From a virus: a stretch of DNA of 64,000 nucleotides. The DNA lies in IMG/VR virus record IMGVR_UViG_3300020048_000015, positions 1 through 64,000 of that record; one strand, written 5' to 3'. The position numbers and the translations under genes are program-made. Shown one piece after another: positions 1 to 9,268 of the stretch (within the stretch, counting starts at the first letter, position 1; every line of letters begins with the position of its first letter). The notes below the pieces were generated by a model. That model was not told the origin of the DNA, searched no databases, and saw nothing but the letters and a program-made list of their open reading frames with translations.

Positions 1-19
1 AAAATAAATACAATATTAA

Positions 20-82
20 ATGAAGATTGAAGATATATGTAAAAAATATGGTATAAATACTGATAATTCAATAGATGCTTAG
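20..82 (+). pseudogene. Collapsed remnant of the LRR-family head (MKIEDICKKYGINTDNSIDA*)
   Basis: Matches the start of 3871..4320 (MKIEEICEYYGI...DGSID) with NYTIN deleted and an early TAG. Confidence 0.6.
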
Positions 83-576
83 AATGAAAAAATAGAAAAT
101 ATATAAATGAAGTATATTAAATTATTTAAGTAGTTCTTTATCGCAAACAAGGAATCTTTGGTCATTCCTATTTTAGCATCTTCTATGAATACGAACCTTT
201 CAAGTTTTCTCAAATCTAAGTCATCAACGGCTACCCAAGTTGATACATCTTTATTGTTATTAAGCCATTGTGTTATCTCTTCCATTCTAATTCTTGTGAG
301 GTCATTTGGAGACTTTATTTCACTGGATTTATCTGGTGTATATCCAATAGGAGATTTTATCAATCCTTGTCTTCTATAAAAACTTTGCATTTCAGATAGG
401 TTTATCCACAGCTTCCAATCAGAAGATACTACAATCTCACAGTCGGTTTCCGATATTATATCGTTTATATTCTTCACCGCATCTTTATTGAAGTCTTGAA
501 GTTCCGGATTTCCTGTTACCCAACATACCGGATCCAATCTCATTACTCCCTGATGATCAAGAAATAGTATCTTCAT
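79..576 (-). CDS. HAD-superfamily protein, Swiss-Army-knife RNA-repair-like (HAD_SAK_2 type)
   Basis: ILFLDHQGV, IVVSSDWK and WVAVDDLDL motifs. Confidence 0.75.
   Translation of the reverse strand: MKILFLDHQGVMRLDPVCWVTGNPELQDFNKDAVKNINDIISETDCEIVVSSDWKLWINLSEMQSFYRRQGLIKSPIGYTPDKSSEIKSPNDLTRIRMEEITQWLNNNKDVSTWVAVDDLDLRKLERFVFIEDAKIGMTKDSLFAIKNYLNNLIYFIYIFSIFSF
107..133 (+). pseudogene. Isolated N-terminal tag remnant MKYIKLFK*
   Basis: 8-codon ORF matching the MKYLKLFE motif, with AATATATA just upstream. Confidence 0.4.
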
Positions 577-3025
577 ATACAGGCTCGTATTTCTTCTGAA
601 TGAATCCTCCAGTCCATTCTACCAGTTCTTCAATAGTAGGAAGTGTATAAGCTAATTCACCTGGTGATTTAGTAAGGAATCCTTCAGATACTTTAACAAT
701 CGGTTGTTCACCTAATCTAAGGCCATTGTAGTATTCTTCTGTTATACCTTTAAACTCTTCAATAGGAGTTATAGTTCTTTCTTCTTTGACAAACTTCATA
801 TCCGATATAGGGTATATGTTGTTTAATCTTCTAGATGTAAGCATACCTTCTGCGAATATGTTTAAGTGTCTATTAGTTACAACATTGTATATCTCAGCAA
901 ACTCACCTTCTTCTTTACCTACTATCGTAACTAAATCACCTTTATCATTGAATGTTTTGGTTCCTATCGGAGTATGTTCATTAGGTATTGCATAAGTAAA
1001 CTGTCCTTTATCTAAGTTAAATATTCTATGTCCACCATCGTGTTCAAGATATCCCGATATACCTAATTTAGATCCATCACTGAATAGTATATTGACAGAT
1101 GGTGTCTTCACCATTTCCATTATCCATAATGGTTTAGCGGAATCAAATTGACCATCGTCAAAGTTCCATACTAAAAGATTATCTTCATAAGATATATCTT
1201 CTATGTTTTTCTTAGTTCCATTAAACATTGTTATCTTAGTTCCCTTAACAAAACAAGGTAAAATAAAGTAAAGATTAGTTCCATATCCTGTGCCTATTGC
1301 ATTGGTTGCATATGTTCTTACATATATGTATGCGTATGGATTTGGTATTGCGTAGGTCTGTGTAAATGTACCTACCGCAGTTCCTGTACCAGCTACTTTG
1401 TTATCTAATATGGTAGGATCCGGACTTGTACTCCATACGATACCTCTTTCAAGTATTGCTGATCCACCATCGCTTGTGATTGTTCCAGTGACTGTTGCAC
1501 TACTATTACTAACACTTCCATAACTATCAGAAGTAACCGTAGGTTCTGTCGCAACAAACCCTAATCTAAAGTCTAAAGGACCTATTGAACCAATCGCATA
1601 TTGCCCAGTTGTTGTCAATACTGATATTGTTATAGTATCATTTCCGGTAAGTGTAGGCGATGTTTTCAAAAAGTAAACACCAGCACCTGCTTTATATTGT
1701 TCACCTGTATTAAATATACTTATACTTGATATAGGAATATTTGTTGCTGATCCATTAATAGCAGTTACTTCTGTATGATTTATATTTGGATTAACACTTA
1801 AAGGATTGACATTCCATACTAAATCCACTATCCATGTAAAAGCATCACTCCTAAGAGAATATGTTATACCAGTTATTATACCAGGTGTTGCTGCTGTAAC
1901 ATCAATTGTTTTAGTTTTAGAACTTACACCTGATGTATTTTTAACATAAAGTGTAACATCATATGAACCACCATTTATAAATGCAACTTCTAAATTAGTA
2001 GTACCACCATATACTGGAGGTAATGAACCAATTGAGTTACCAATAATCAAACTAGGACGTTGTGCTTCATAAGAAACTAAAGACCAATCACCGGATTGAG
2101 AAGCATCATAACTACTATTAGATTGTTCATTTCCACTTATAGACCATGTGGTATCTGCTGGTTGATATCCATAACTTAGATTATCAAAGATAACAGATTG
2201 AGTTCCACCTACAGAATCAAATAATTGAACTGCTTTGAAATCAACCACAGGAATAGGAAGATTTATATCTAATCTATAAGTTTCTAGCTCATAGTTTATA
2301 AAGTAATTTCCATATGGTGATGCAGTAACATTATTAAAAGGAATTACTTGATTTCCTAATTCTATCCAACCATCATCTAACGGTTTAAAAGAAACACTAA
2401 CTGTTTTACCATTTAAGTAATCATTTACCCCAAAAGTTCCTATTCTTACACCTTCAAAAGGGGTTTCATTTATATAATCTAATCTAGTAGGTACTATAGT
2501 TTCATTATATACACCAGTATCTGATACAAAAATTGAATATGTATATCCATAATCTTCAGAGTAAAGAGAATATGTTCCTTCTAAAACATCAACATAGTCT
2601 TCATTAAGTAAAGAAATATACCCATCTGTAAAAGTCATCTGACCAAGATTTTGAGTTACTCCACCAAAGTCTAGAAATGTATCATTTATCGGTGTGTATG
2701 TTACATCTACTGTTTTATTATTTAAGTTTTGACTTTCTATTTCAATAGAAGATGGACTAAAAGAAATAACTTTATACTCTAAGTCATATCCTGAAATATA
2801 AATCCAGTTTATGTATTCTATAACCCTAATACTTCCACCACCAGCAGCTGGAGAAGTAGATGTATTATTAGATATACCTTCATATATACTAAATCTTTTA
2901 TTCCATTCTTTTCTAGCTAAATCTCTTTGAAGATTTATTTGGTCTAACTTAGATTGCTCTTCATTTATTCTTTGTGACCTTTCTAATTCTATTTTTTTAA
3001 GTATTTCTTCAATTGACTTTCCCAT
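557..3025 (-). CDS. Large virion/adhesin-like protein with an FnIII-like domain and a C-terminal Hint (Hedgehog/BIL-like) domain
   Basis: Beta-rich Thr/Ser/Gly body; ATVTGTITSDGGSAILERGIVWST...YVRTYATNAIGTGYG; Hint runs from P-CFVKGTKI (Cys591) to YNVVTNRHLNIFAEGMLTS. Confidence 0.75.
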   Translation of the reverse strand: MGKSIEEILKKIELERSQRINEEQSKLDQINLQRDLARKEWNKRFSIYEGISNNTSTSPAAGGGSIRVIEYINWIYISGYDLEYKVISFSPSSIEIESQNLNNKTVDVTYTPINDTFLDFGGVTQNLGQMTFTDGYISLLNEDYVDVLEGTYSLYSEDYGYTYSIFVSDTGVYNETIVPTRLDYINETPFEGVRIGTFGVNDYLNGKTVSVSFKPLDDGWIELGNQVIPFNNVTASPYGNYFINYELETYRLDINLPIPVVDFKAVQLFDSVGGTQSVIFDNLSYGYQPADTTWSISGNEQSNSSYDASQSGDWSLVSYEAQRPSLIIGNSIGSLPPVYGGTTNLEVAFINGGSYDVTLYVKNTSGVSSKTKTIDVTAATPGIITGITYSLRSDAFTWIVDLVWNVNPLSVNPNINHTEVTAINGSATNIPISSISIFNTGEQYKAGAGVYFLKTSPTLTGNDTITISVLTTTGQYAIGSIGPLDFRLGFVATEPTVTSDSYGSVSNSSATVTGTITSDGGSAILERGIVWSTSPDPTILDNKVAGTGTAVGTFTQTYAIPNPYAYIYVRTYATNAIGTGYGTNLYFILPCFVKGTKITMFNGTKKNIEDISYEDNLLVWNFDDGQFDSAKPLWIMEMVKTPSVNILFSDGSKLGISGYLEHDGGHRIFNLDKGQFTYAIPNEHTPIGTKTFNDKGDLVTIVGKEEGEFAEIYNVVTNRHLNIFAEGMLTSRRLNNIYPISDMKFVKEERTITPIEEFKGITEEYYNGLRLGEQPIVKVSEGFLTKSPGELAYTLPTIEELVEWTGGFIQKKYEPVYEDTIS

Positions 3026-3162
3026 AAGATATATTTTTTTTATCCGCTATGCTATGATTATATATATAATATTCCAATCGTCACATTTGTATAAAAGAAA
3101 ATTTAATCTAAACAGAAAAAATAAATTAAATAGTTTATTAGATTAAACAAAATAGAAATCCA

Positions 3163-3185
3163 GGATAATAATAGTATTATTATCC
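3163..3185. repeat. Inverted repeat GGATAATAATA-G-TATTATTATCC in the divergent intergenic region
   Basis: Perfect 11-bp arms. Confidence 0.7.
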
Positions 3186-3422
3186 CTCTTTATTTTTAAT
3201 CAAAAAAAATTTATTAAGATATCTTTTAAAAAAATATCCTTTTAATATACTTATTAAATTGCCATAATAAGAATCTTTAATCGTCATTTAATATTTAATA
3301 TTGATACTTCAGATCTATATATGAGGCTTATCTATGCCTATAAAATAGGACTTAATCATGCTCGGAGATTTACTAATCAATTTAACATATTATATATATC
3401 TTATCCAAAAACTCACTTTTAG

Positions 3423-3881
3423 ATGAATAATAACGAAAATATAAAAGATATTTGTAAAGAATATGGTATAATAAACTATACTATAAATGATGATTTGACT
3501 ATTGATGTAAATGGCAATGTTTATCTTAGTAGAATTGGATTAACAAAACTACCACTTAAATTTAATAAAGTAATTGGTTATTTTTATTGTTCTTATAATC
3601 AATTAACCAGTTTAGATGGTTGTCCTAAAGAAGTTGGTGGGGATTTTGATTGTTCTTCAAATAATTTAACAAGTTTAGAGGGTAGTCCTAAAGAAGTTGG
3701 TGGTTATTTTTCTTGTTCAAGAAATAATTTAACAAGTTTAGAGGGTAGTCCTAAAGAAGTTGGTGGTTATTTTAATTGTCATCTTAATCCATTACCACAA
3801 GAAGTAATTTATAATCCAAAAGAAGAAATTAAACGTTTGAATAGAGAAAAGAAACTAAATATACTATTAAATGAAGATTGA
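3423..3881 (+). CDS. 21-aa-repeat LRR-like protein, type A tail (3 repeats)
   Basis: Head ICKEYGIINYTINDD; repeats LTSLEGxPKEVGGxFxC; ends REKKLNILL. Confidence 0.9.
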   Translation: MNNNENIKDICKEYGIINYTINDDLTIDVNGNVYLSRIGLTKLPLKFNKVIGYFYCSYNQLTSLDGCPKEVGGDFDCSSNNLTSLEGSPKEVGGYFSCSRNNLTSLEGSPKEVGGYFNCHLNPLPQEVIYNPKEEIKRLNREKKLNILLNED

Positions 3882-4320
3882 AGAAATTTGTGAATATTAT
3901 GGTATACAAAACTATACAATTAATGATGATGGTTCAATTGATGTAGATGGAAATGTCAATTTAGCATATAAAGGTTTAACTATTATTCCATTGAAATTTA
4001 ATAAAGTGACTGGTTATTTCTCTTGTTCTGTTAATAAATTAACATCATTAGAAGGTTGCCCTATTTGGGTTGGTGGTAGTTTTCATTGCTATGCCAATAA
4101 ACTTGTTAATTTAATAGGTTGTCCAAGTTATGTTGGTGCTATGTTTAATTGTAATGACAATTACTTAACTACTTTAGAAGGTTGCCCATCTTATGTTGGT
4201 GGTTATTTCTACTGTCTACAAAACCCACCACTTCCAAAAGAAATAATGGATAATCCAAAAGCAGAAATATTAAGATTACAAAGAGAAGCAAAATTAAATA
4301 CCTTATTAAACTCGTTTTAA
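3871..4320 (+). CDS. LRR-like protein, type A (3 repeats)
   Basis: Same architecture; ends REAKLNTLL; overlaps the previous stop. Confidence 0.9.
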   Translation: MKIEEICEYYGIQNYTINDDGSIDVDGNVNLAYKGLTIIPLKFNKVTGYFSCSVNKLTSLEGCPIWVGGSFHCYANKLVNLIGCPSYVGAMFNCNDNYLTTLEGCPSYVGGYFYCLQNPPLPKEIMDNPKAEILRLQREAKLNTLLNSF

Positions 4321-4388
4321 GACACTTTTATTTTAATATTATACTAACCTATATAAAACTAATTAAAACTCATTAAATAGCCAAAAGA

Positions 4389-5030
4389 ATGATAAATATA
4401 AAAGAAATTTGTAGAAAATATGGTATAACAAATTATACAATTAATCTGGATGGTTCAATTGATGTAGTTGGTAATGTTTATTTAATACACGATGGATTAA
4501 CAGAAATACCACTAAAATTTAATAAAGTTTCTGGTGATTTTTCTTGTTCCAGAAATAAATTAACAAATCTAGAAGGCTGTCCTAATTATGTGGGTGATAC
4601 ATTTTATTGTGGTTATAATAACTTAACATCATTATATGGTTGTCCGAATTATGTAGGAGATGCATTTTATTGTGGTTATAATAACTTAACCTGTTTAATA
4701 GGCAGTCCTAATTATGTGGGTGATACATTTTATTGTGGTTATAATAACTTAACATCATTATATGGTTGTCCGAATTATGTAGGAGATGCATTTTATTGTG
4801 GTTATAATAACTTAACCTGTTTAATAGGCAGTCCTAATTATGTGGGTGATACATTTTATTGTGGTTATAATAACTTAACATCATTATATGGTTGTCCATC
4901 TCATATAGGTGGGAAATTTTATTGCTATGGTAATCCACTACCAGAAGAAATAAGGGATAATCCTATGGCAGAAATAAAGAGATTGAATAGAGAATCAAAA
5001 CTAAATCTACTATTAAATGAATATTTATAA
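4389..5030 (+). CDS. LRR-like protein, type A (6 repeats)
   Basis: Same architecture; contains exact 126-bp internal duplications. Confidence 0.9.
   Translation: MINIKEICRKYGITNYTINLDGSIDVVGNVYLIHDGLTEIPLKFNKVSGDFSCSRNKLTNLEGCPNYVGDTFYCGYNNLTSLYGCPNYVGDAFYCGYNNLTCLIGSPNYVGDTFYCGYNNLTSLYGCPNYVGDAFYCGYNNLTCLIGSPNYVGDTFYCGYNNLTSLYGCPSHIGGKFYCYGNPLPEEIRDNPMAEIKRLNRESKLNLLLNEYL
4581..4897 (+). repeat. Exact tandem repeat, 126-bp unit x2.5
   Basis: Units start at 4581, 4707 and 4833. Confidence 0.9.
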
Positions 5031-5469
5031 AATTTGTGAATATTATGGTATACAAAACTATACAATTAATCCGGATGGTTCCATTGATGTAAATGGTAAT
5101 GTTTGGTTGTTTAATAAAAATTTAACCAAACTACCACTTAAATTTAATAAGGTTTCCTGTAATTTTAGTTGTTCCGATAATAAAAATAACTTAACATCTT
5201 TAGATGGATGTCCGAATTATGTAGGTGGTAATTTTTATTGTTCTAATAATAAATTAACATCATTATATGGTTGTCCTAATTATGTTGGTGGTAATTTTTA
5301 TTGTCATAATAATGAAATAACCAGTTTAGATGGTTGTCCAAAAGAGATTGGTGGTAATTTTCATTGCTATAGTAATCCACTACCACAAGAAATAATGGAT
5401 AATCCAAAAGCAGAATTATTAAGATTAAACAGAGAAAATAAATTAAATATACTATTAGATGAATATTAA
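5017..5469 (+). CDS. LRR-like protein, type A (3 repeats)
   Basis: Same architecture; ends RENKLNILLDEY. Confidence 0.9.
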   Translation: MNIYKICEYYGIQNYTINPDGSIDVNGNVWLFNKNLTKLPLKFNKVSCNFSCSDNKNNLTSLDGCPNYVGGNFYCSNNKLTSLYGCPNYVGGNFYCHNNEITSLDGCPKEIGGNFHCYSNPLPQEIMDNPKAELLRLNRENKLNILLDEY

Positions 5470-5842
5470 AGAAATTTGTAAACTCTATAATATAGAAAAC
5501 TATAAAATTAATCCAGATGAATCTATTGATGTTGATGGTAATGTTATTTTATTTAATAGAAGATTAACCAAACTACCATTAAAATTTAATAAAGTAACTG
5601 GTGATTTTTCTTGCACTTCTAATCTATTAACAAATCTAGAAGGATGTCCGAATTATGTAGGTGGTAATTTTGGTTGTGTAGCTAATAATATAACCAGTTT
5701 AGAAGGATGTCCGAATTATGTAGGTGGTAATTTTAATTGTCATCTTAATCAATTACCAGAAGAAATAAGGAATAATCCTAAAGCAGAAATTTTAAGATTA
5801 CAAAGAGAATCAAAATTAAATATACTATTAGATGAATATTAA
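5459..5842 (+). CDS. LRR-like protein, type A (2 repeats)
   Basis: Same architecture; ends RESKLNILLDEY. Confidence 0.9.
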   Translation: MNIKEICKLYNIENYKINPDESIDVDGNVILFNRRLTKLPLKFNKVTGDFSCTSNLLTNLEGCPNYVGGNFGCVANNITSLEGCPNYVGGNFNCHLNQLPEEIRNNPKAEILRLQRESKLNILLDEY

Positions 5843-6235
5843 AGTAATTTGTAAACTCTATAATATAGTAAACTATACTATAAATCATGATGGATCCATT
5901 GATGTAGATGGTGATGTTAATTTATATAATAAAAGATTAACGAAAATTCCAATTAAATTTAATAAAGTAACTGGTTATTTTACTTGCTGTGATAATGAAA
6001 TAACATCATTAGAAGGATGTCCTAATTATGTTGGTGATAATTTTTCTTGTGTAGCTAATAAATTAGTTGTTATAGTAACAATCTAACCAGTTTAGAAGGT
6101 AGTCCAAATTATATAGGTGGATATTTTTTTTGTAGTGGAAATCCATTACCTAAAGAAATAATTGATAATCCTAAAGCAGAGTTATTAAGATTACAAAGAG
6201 AATCAAAACTAAATAGTTTATTAGATGAATATTGA
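5832..6235 (+). pseudogene. Frameshifted LRR-like gene, type A
   Basis: Frame breaks near 6066 after ANKL; another frame continues CYSNNLTSLEGSP...RESKLNSLLDEY* to 6235. Confidence 0.8.
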
Positions 6236-6587
6236 TGAAATTTGTAATGAATATGGTATAACAAATTATACAATTAATCCAGATGGATCTATTGATGTAA
6301 ATGGTAATGTTACTTTAAGATCAAATAGTTTAGAAAAAATAACCTATAATTCAATAGTTATACTAATAGGGGAAAATGATGATGGACTATCTATTGACCT
6401 AAATGAAATATCTAAAATAGATACAATCTATAAAGAAAACTTAAATGTAGTAGACTCAACTCTCTATCACTCCGGTTATAAAAATGGTCAAATTGATGCA
6501 GATAATAAAAAATACTTATGGAAAAAAGTAACCCAGGAAAATGGTGAAATAATTTATCTAAACAAATTTAAAACTTTATATGAATAA
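6225..6587 (+). CDS. Chimera: LRR-family head fused to an unrelated C-terminal domain
   Basis: First ~39 aa are the LRR head; the tail DSTLYHSGYKNGQID resembles 33421..33720. Confidence 0.7.
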   Translation: MNIDEICNEYGITNYTINPDGSIDVNGNVTLRSNSLEKITYNSIVILIGENDDGLSIDLNEISKIDTIYKENLNVVDSTLYHSGYKNGQIDADNKKYLWKKVTQENGEIIYLNKFKTLYE

Positions 6588-6827
6588 ATCATATAAATAT
6601 TATGGGCTATGAATAAATCAAAAACTTATGGAAATATTAGAACAAGAATCTAAAAATTCCGATTACGAAAAAGATTATTTTTAGAGGAAATCGAATCTTT
6701 AACTTTAGAATTAATCAAACGAAAAAGAAAACTTTAAAAGAATTTAATTCTGTTTAAAGAATTTTTGTGAAATTAAATTTTCTGATCTTTTTTAAACAAT
6801 TTAATCATTAAAATCAACAAAATTTCC

Positions 6828-6942
6828 GAAAAAACAGACATTTGGAAAAAACAGACATTTAGAAAAAACAGACATTTAGAAAAAACAGACATTTAGAAAA
6901 AACAGACATTTGGAAAAAACAGACATTTAGAAAAAACAGACA
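6828..6942 (+). repeat. Tandem array of 17-bp GAAAAAACAGACATTT(A/G), 6 full copies plus 1 partial
   Basis: Units at 6828, 6845, 6862, 6879, 6896, 6913, 6930; no spacers. Confidence 0.95.
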
Positions 6943-6943
6943 T

Positions 6944-7151
6944 ATGAATAAAATTGAAAATATAACCAATGTTCCTAATCAATTAGAGCCCGTATTAGCA
7001 CTAATAAACCACGTTGGAGAATTAGGATTATCTGAATGGTATGAAGTTGTTTATTATTACTTTGATAAATGGTATTCATATAGTTGGTAGTAAAACATTT
7101 GAAGATGGGGAGCAAGTCATTCGGTGGAAGTATTGTAAGGATTGTTTGTAA
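6944..7151 (+). pseudogene. Probable frameshifted small gene directly after the repeat array
   Basis: 48-aa ORF stops at 7090; another frame continues GSKTFEDGEQVIRWKYCKDCL*. Confidence 0.5.
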
Positions 7152-7178
7152 TGATTGCTGAAATCACAAATATATAAA

Positions 7179-7436
7179 ATGAGAAAATTAAAGAGAAGTC
7201 ATAAAAACTTAATGGTATTAGAAGCAGGTTATATCTATTGTAAAAGACATAACTTAAATTATGAAACATTTATTGATGATGTTTTTATGAAGGATGAATT
7301 TCACAGTGAAGAAGAAAGTGAATTTGATAAAATTTGTAAGGACTTACGATGTTATAAATATTTGGATTCATATAAGTTAATTGAAATAACAGATGATGAA
7401 TACGAAATGTGTATTGATGTGTTCGATAAAAATTAA
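7179..7436 (+). CDS. Hypothetical protein
   Basis: ORF track 7155..7436; first ATG at 7179. Confidence 0.6.
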   Translation: MRKLKRSHKNLMVLEAGYIYCKRHNLNYETFIDDVFMKDEFHSEEESEFDKICKDLRCYKYLDSYKLIEITDDEYEMCIDVFDKN

Positions 7437-7783
7437 CATAAAACATAATGAAAAGTAATTGAAAAGGGGCTTGATATTCTTATTGGCAAGAAAATAAATG
7501 TTTATACTTATCATTTACCAATTGCAACAATAACTATACAATATAATTTGGAAAAATACCATATTAACAGAAACAAATATTAGAATAATATCTAATATTA
7601 ATGTAAAAGATCTTTATTATAATAAAGAAAATATATATGTGTATGCTGATATTACAATGGAAGATTTTGATGTTAAGTTACCAATTGGTTTTCCTATTGT
7701 TGTATGTAATTCTGGGAAGAATTTTTCCATTGATTTACCTGATAGTTATTTCATTAATTTAAATTAAAACAAACAAAAAATAT

Positions 7784-7981
7784 ATGAATCATATAACAGT
7801 AATAAGAAACGAGAATGATATAGATAATATTATACTTAGTGAAGAACACAAATCAAACTTTAGAAAAATGTTTGTGAATTTCAGACAGATTGCTTATTGT
7901 GTAGAAAGTGGAGATATTGTTGCTGTAATAGATAAAGATGGTTATTTACAGGTGAATATACCTGGATATGAAAGTATATAA
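7784..7981 (+). CDS. Hypothetical protein
   Basis: ORF, coupled to the next gene. Confidence 0.6.
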   Translation: MNHITVIRNENDIDNIILSEEHKSNFRKMFVNFRQIAYCVESGDIVAVIDKDGYLQVNIPGYESI

Positions 7982-8357
7982 AAAAGAAAGTGTAAGAAAT
8001 ATGGATAGTTTAAAAAAGTTGTTTGATGAATTTCCAGGAATGAAAGAGGTAATGGAAAAATTGGGTCATTTAGAAATAGAATTTGTGGATGAAGAAACAT
8101 TTACTAATACGAATGGTGAGATATTAGATCTTCATTTTGAGGAATCTTTAAAATTAGCGTTTGACAATAAGAAAAAGATTGATATTAATTTAGTTTCAAA
8201 TGAGATTATTAGGCTTAATAAGATGAAAAATGAAATTGAGATAAAGTTATCTAATGAGAAGTTTTTGAAAAATGCAAAGGAAGAGATAGTAGTTAGGGAG
8301 AAAGTTAAATTAGAAGATGTTTTGTTTAAATTAAAAAAATTAAAAGAATTAATTTAA
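7968..8357 (+). CDS. Hypothetical protein, coiled-coil C-terminus
   Basis: ORF in an operon-like run. Confidence 0.65.
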   Translation: MKVYKKESVRNMDSLKKLFDEFPGMKEVMEKLGHLEIEFVDEETFTNTNGEILDLHFEESLKLAFDNKKKIDINLVSNEIIRLNKMKNEIEIKLSNEKFLKNAKEEIVVREKVKLEDVLFKLKKLKELI

Positions 8358-8363
8358 AATAGT

Positions 8364-8618
8364 ATGATAGAGATGAAAACTTTTAAAGATTTCGCATCAG
8401 ATACGGATGAGGGGAAACTGTTATTAGCAGCATTGGCTGTATTAACATCAATAGAACAAAAGGATATTCAGATGCGTAAGTGGGGTGGAATGGTGAATCC
8501 AGATGAAGCTTTTAAAAGAGTTGTTGAGTTGGCAAATAAAATCTTTTATGAAGAGGAGTGGATGGCTGAGGAAATTATAAGTAATAGGGATGATAAAATA
8601 TCAAAAATTATTGATTAG
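8364..8618 (+). CDS. Hypothetical protein with C-terminal tag
   Basis: Ends RDDKISKIID. Confidence 0.7.
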   Translation: MIEMKTFKDFASDTDEGKLLLAALAVLTSIEQKDIQMRKWGGMVNPDEAFKRVVELANKIFYEEEWMAEEIISNRDDKISKIID

Positions 8619-8623
8619 TAGAT

Positions 8624-9256
8624 ATGGTAGATAAGTATTTAGATAGATTAGTTATTCCTGAAGATTTCCTTAGTTATGGTTATTGTGCATTGAATGATGA
8701 TATGGGTGGTAGAATTATTGAAGATGTCATTGAGATATCTTTTAATAGTTTATATAAAGATTTATTGATATATTTTTATGATAATGGTGTATTGGATAGG
8801 TTTATTCCTGATAGTTTTAAAGTATCTGATGATATTATAAGTAAGTTGAGGGTATCAGTTGATAGGTTTTGGATTTATTCAATATGGGGTAGAGAGTTGC
8901 GAAATGTTGTGTATATCTTGTTTGATTTATTCAATCAATATATGAGGATGTATTATAAGGATGTATGTGATTATACATCTGATTGGCTTTATATTGATGT
9001 TGATATTATATTTATTAAAAAATGTGATATGGATATTAATAAGATGATGAATGATGTATCATTTTTAGGATATAATGTTGAATATAGACCATTTGTATAT
9101 TTTGAATCAAGGAAGAAGTATGTTGTGGTTGATAAGGATATGATAATAAAAGATAAGGGATTTGGTGATAAGTATAGTAAGAGTAGAGAAGATATAGTTA
9201 GTAATATTATTAGGTGTTGTATTAGGGAAAAGAAATTAGGAAAAATATTAGGATAA
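8624..9256 (+). CDS. Hypothetical protein with C-terminal tag
   Basis: Ends REKKLGKILG. Confidence 0.7.
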   Translation: MVDKYLDRLVIPEDFLSYGYCALNDDMGGRIIEDVIEISFNSLYKDLLIYFYDNGVLDRFIPDSFKVSDDIISKLRVSVDRFWIYSIWGRELRNVVYILFDLFNQYMRMYYKDVCDYTSDWLYIDVDIIFIKKCDMDINKMMNDVSFLGYNVEYRPFVYFESRKKYVVVDKDMIIKDKGFGDKYSKSREDIVSNIIRCCIREKKLGKILG

Positions 9257-9268
9257 GCAATTAAAAAT

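Noticed and set aside
3240-3420. Structured ncRNA in the intergenic region upstream of the LRR array
   Set aside because: Only a short AGGC/GCCT hairpin; no recognisable family
3423-6587. Diversity-generating retroelement behind the LRR variation
   Set aside because: No reverse transcriptase or TR/VR pair seen; differences are not confined to adenines
6828-6942. CRISPR array
   Set aside because: 17-bp units are contiguous with no spacers, and no cas genes are in the window
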